DNA of 64,000 nucleotides from Alphaproteobacteria bacterium (GTDB lineage Bacteria; Pseudomonadota; Alphaproteobacteria; GCA-2731375). The notes beneath the pieces are model-generated. The model was not told the origin of the DNA. It saw nothing but the letters and a program-made list of their open reading frames with translations, and made no database searches. Where the stretch lies: positions 32,001 to 96,000 of the forward strand of contig CBDDBZ010000027.1 of the NCBI GenBank assembly GCA_965225945.1, in the 5' to 3' direction. Shown one piece after another: positions 61,333 to 64,000 of this stretch (positions are counted from its first letter, which is position 1; each line of letters starts with the position of its first letter). The position numbers and the translations under genes are program-made.

Positions 61333-62307
61333 TCAGTCCCGCCTCATGCGCCATCGCCACGCGGTTTCGATGACGTCCGCGATATCCAGGTGACGCGGGC
61401 GCCATCCCAAGTCGCTTCGAGCCCTGGTGGCATCCGCCAACAGGATGTCGGGATCGCCCGGCCGGCGCGCGCCTTGTTGGACCGTGATCTCGCGTCCCGT
61501 GACCCGCCGGGCGGTTTCGATCACCTCCAGGATGGATACCCCTTCGCCGGTACCGAGATTGAAGACAATTTGCCCGTCCCTACCTTCTATTTCCTTCAAC
61601 GCGAGGACGTGCGCCTCCGCCAGGTCGCCGACGTGGATGTAGTCGCGGATGCAGGTGCCGTCGGCGGTGTCGTAGTCGTCGCCGAAAACAGTGATGTCGG
61701 GGCGATCCCCGGCGGCGGCATCGAGAACCAGTGGGATCAGATGGGTCTCGGGATCGTGAGCCTCGCCGATCTCTCCCTCCGGGTCGGCGCCGGCGGCGTT
61801 GAAGTAACGCAGCGCCACGCTGCTCAGCCCATGGGCGAGGCCATAGTCCGCCAAGATACGCTCGATCATCGCCTTGGAAGCGCCGTAGGGGTTGATCGGG
61901 TTCAGCGCCGCGGCCTCGGAAATCGGCACGCTCTCCGGCACGCCGTAAACCGCACAGCTGCTCGAAAACACCATGCGATCGACGCCGTGCGCGCGCATGG
62001 CGTCGAGCAAGCTCAGCGTTCCGACGACGTTGTTTCGGTAGTATTTCGCCGGATCGCCAACCGAATCAGCCACATTGGCGAAGGCCGCGAAATGCATCAC
62101 GGCCTCCGGGCGGTATCTGGTGATGACCTCTTCGAGTCTCGCCGAATCGAGCATGTCGCCGATTTCGAGCGGGCCCCATTTCACCGCCCAATCATGGCCA
62201 TGAACGAGGCTGTCATAGGTCACGGGCGTATAGCCGGCCCGGGCCAGTGTCTTGCAGGCGTGCGACCCCACGTAGCCGGCGCCCCCGGTGACCAGAACGG
62301 TCCCCAT
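61333..62307 (-). CDS. galE: UDP-glucose 4-epimerase
   Basis: TGGAGYVGSH, YGASK, LRYFNAAGA, ETHLIP, DGTCIRDYIHV. Confidence 0.95.
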   Translation of the reverse strand: MGTVLVTGGAGYVGSHACKTLARAGYTPVTYDSLVHGHDWAVKWGPLEIGDMLDSARLEEVITRYRPEAVMHFAAFANVADSVGDPAKYYRNNVVGTLSLLDAMRAHGVDRMVFSSSCAVYGVPESVPISEAAALNPINPYGASKAMIERILADYGLAHGLSSVALRYFNAAGADPEGEIGEAHDPETHLIPLVLDAAAGDRPDITVFGDDYDTADGTCIRDYIHVGDLAEAHVLALKEIEGRDGQIVFNLGTGEGVSILEVIETARRVTGREITVQQGARRPGDPDILLADATRARSDLGWRPRHLDIADVIETAWRWRMRRD

Positions 62308-62313
62308 CGCCGA

Positions 62314-62890
62314 TCAACCGAGCGCGGCCGTGGGCGCGAGCGATCGCGGCAGCCCCCGCCAGGCATCGAGCGCCGCCAATCGGGCGAAGCGGTGTTCGAG
62401 CATCGACGCCGCGTTCCGACCCAGCCTGTCGCGCAATTCCGGAGCGCCGGCCAGCGCAACGGCGACTTCGCGATAGCGATCCTGCAACCAGTTGACCAAC
62501 ACGACGGAACCTCGGCATGCGAACATCACCGCGATCGACCGTAACGGTGGATCCGTCTTCGCGATCACGACGTCTCCCGGCCTCGCCAAGCGACGCGGTG
62601 CCACGGCGGGCGAGACGAAAGAGGAGAAATAGTCTATCGCCCCGCCGAGGAGGTTTCCACGGCCGAAGCGAGTTGTCGCGACATGACGAACCTCGACCCC
62701 GCCGGAAACCTCCGCGCCGGTAGGGGCCGGGCCGGATCGTCATGGATCTGACCGCTGGTAACTACAAAATTGGGAAGTCCCTCGCCCGCCGGATGGAAGG
62801 CCAGATCCGAAAGCATCTGGCTGCTCGCCGAATGATCGCGATGCAGGTAGCGGGTGACGAATATGAACCGCGTCGCCGACGGCTCGCTCG
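62314..62890 (-). pseudogene. GT4 glycosyltransferase remnant with frameshifts and large internal deletion
   Basis: DHSASSQMLSDLAF, FGRGNLLGR, KTDPPL, VNWLQD fused to C-terminal LGRNA. Confidence 0.7.
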
Positions 62891-63079
62891 ATGCTACCGC
62901 GCCATTTGGAATGGGCGGGTCAGGGTCGCGACGATCGATCGGAGAGGCCCACTCGGCCGCGAGCGGCTCGCCACATTAATAGTCTAAATCAAATTGCCGC
63001 GGAACTTCGCAATCACTTGAAATTTGAAGTAACGAGTCGGCGAGTTGAATGCGAATGGTTAACGGCTTATGGTCTATTC

Positions 63080-63834
63080 CTTGCCTATCCGGTTATCACC
63101 CACACCCACTATATGTAGTGTGCACCCATTTTCCTGAGTAAAGCTCGGTGCAGGTCGAAGCGGAGATATCTCCGGCGATGCCGAGCAGGGACTCGGACGG
63201 CATTGTAGCGCCTTTCAGGCGACACTTTAGCGTGGTGGAAATCCTAATCATTGAGTCGGATTTGGCAAAACGCCACGTTGCATAAAGGACCGTCACTTCA
63301 TTGAAATTTATCTGAAATCGGAGGTGAACGACACCGATGGAATATTCCAGGAAATCAGAGCTTCATTGAATTGTAGGATTCGAGTGCCGGATTATTCACA
63401 AATAGCTCTGTGAACTGGTTTTCAAGTTCGCTCAATACGTCATATGAAGTAAACGGATTGAGGATCACGTTCTTGCGTGTCGCTTCGTCTTCGCTGCGAC
63501 TCAAAACGCGCAGGAGACTAACAGGCGCGGACGGGTTCTTCGCAACGATTCGTGCCAGCGCGTCGCTTTCTTCGACTAGTGCCGTCAATCGCTCAGACGA
63601 TGTCGTTTCATCAGCAGCTTCCCGTCTGGCCGTGGGTTTCTTCGTTTTTCCCTTGGTCGCCACCGTTCCGTCCCCCGATGTTAAGTACGTGACGTGAATT
63701 AAACTCCGGTTCGGTTTTCAGAACAATCAAGAATTAGCCGGATCGCCTCCTCAATGCGCCTGCGCCGGCCCTTGCCTGCAGTCCAAGGAGACACACTACA
63801 TATAGTGGGTGTGGGTGATAACCGGATAGGCAAG
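63080..63834 (-). mobile_element. 755-bp non-autonomous IS1595-type element, copy 4
   Basis: perfect 43-bp TIRs; 8-bp TSD GTCTATTC at 63072-63079 and 63835-63842. Confidence 0.93.
63355..63663 (-). CDS. LRV-repeat passenger protein (identical to 14505-14813)
   Basis: same 102-aa translation. Confidence 0.55.
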   Translation of the reverse strand: MATKGKTKKPTARREAADETTSSERLTALVEESDALARIVAKNPSAPVSLLRVLSRSEDEATRKNVILNPFTSYDVLSELENQFTELFVNNPALESYNSMKL

Positions 63835-64000
63835 GTCTATTCAAGACTTAATTCGATCCGACGCTTGAACGTCGTGGCATCGGGGCGTCGGCGCCACTTT
63901 TGGTGGGAACCGGTTGAGGCCCGAAACATGTCTTGCGAAGTCGCTCCGAACCGCGCTGATGAACAACCGGCCGAGCCGGTACCGCGCCGTCTGCGCCGGT

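Overview
GC-rich alphaproteobacterial chromosome segment. The backbone is metabolic and housekeeping genes (pyrE, tRNA-Asn, TauD, CoxL-like molybdoenzyme, CoA ligase/transferase, M48 protease, type I secretion, Lhr-like helicase, galE). It is heavily invaded by insertion sequences and shows many pseudogenes. Main signals: (1) a 755-bp transposase-free element with 43-bp terminal inverted repeats (TIRs) that contain an NrdR-box-like palindrome, 8-bp target-site duplications (TSDs) and an LRV-repeat passenger ORF, present four times, with ends matching a resident IS1595; (2) a nested stack of elements inside a higB toxin gene, including an IS21 carrying a Zn-binding ORF and a toprim/primase-like gene; (3) an IS66 carrying a Dam-like DNA methyltransferase; (4) a 59-bp palindromic repeat family separating small accessory genes around a RAYT-like remnant, which may be a cassette array; (5) an AhpD-like selenoprotein (CxxU plus SECIS); (6) LexA-box motifs at both IS1595 left ends. 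Family assignments come from motif recognition by eye; no database searches were run. Some frameshifts and partial copies may be assembly or consensus errors.
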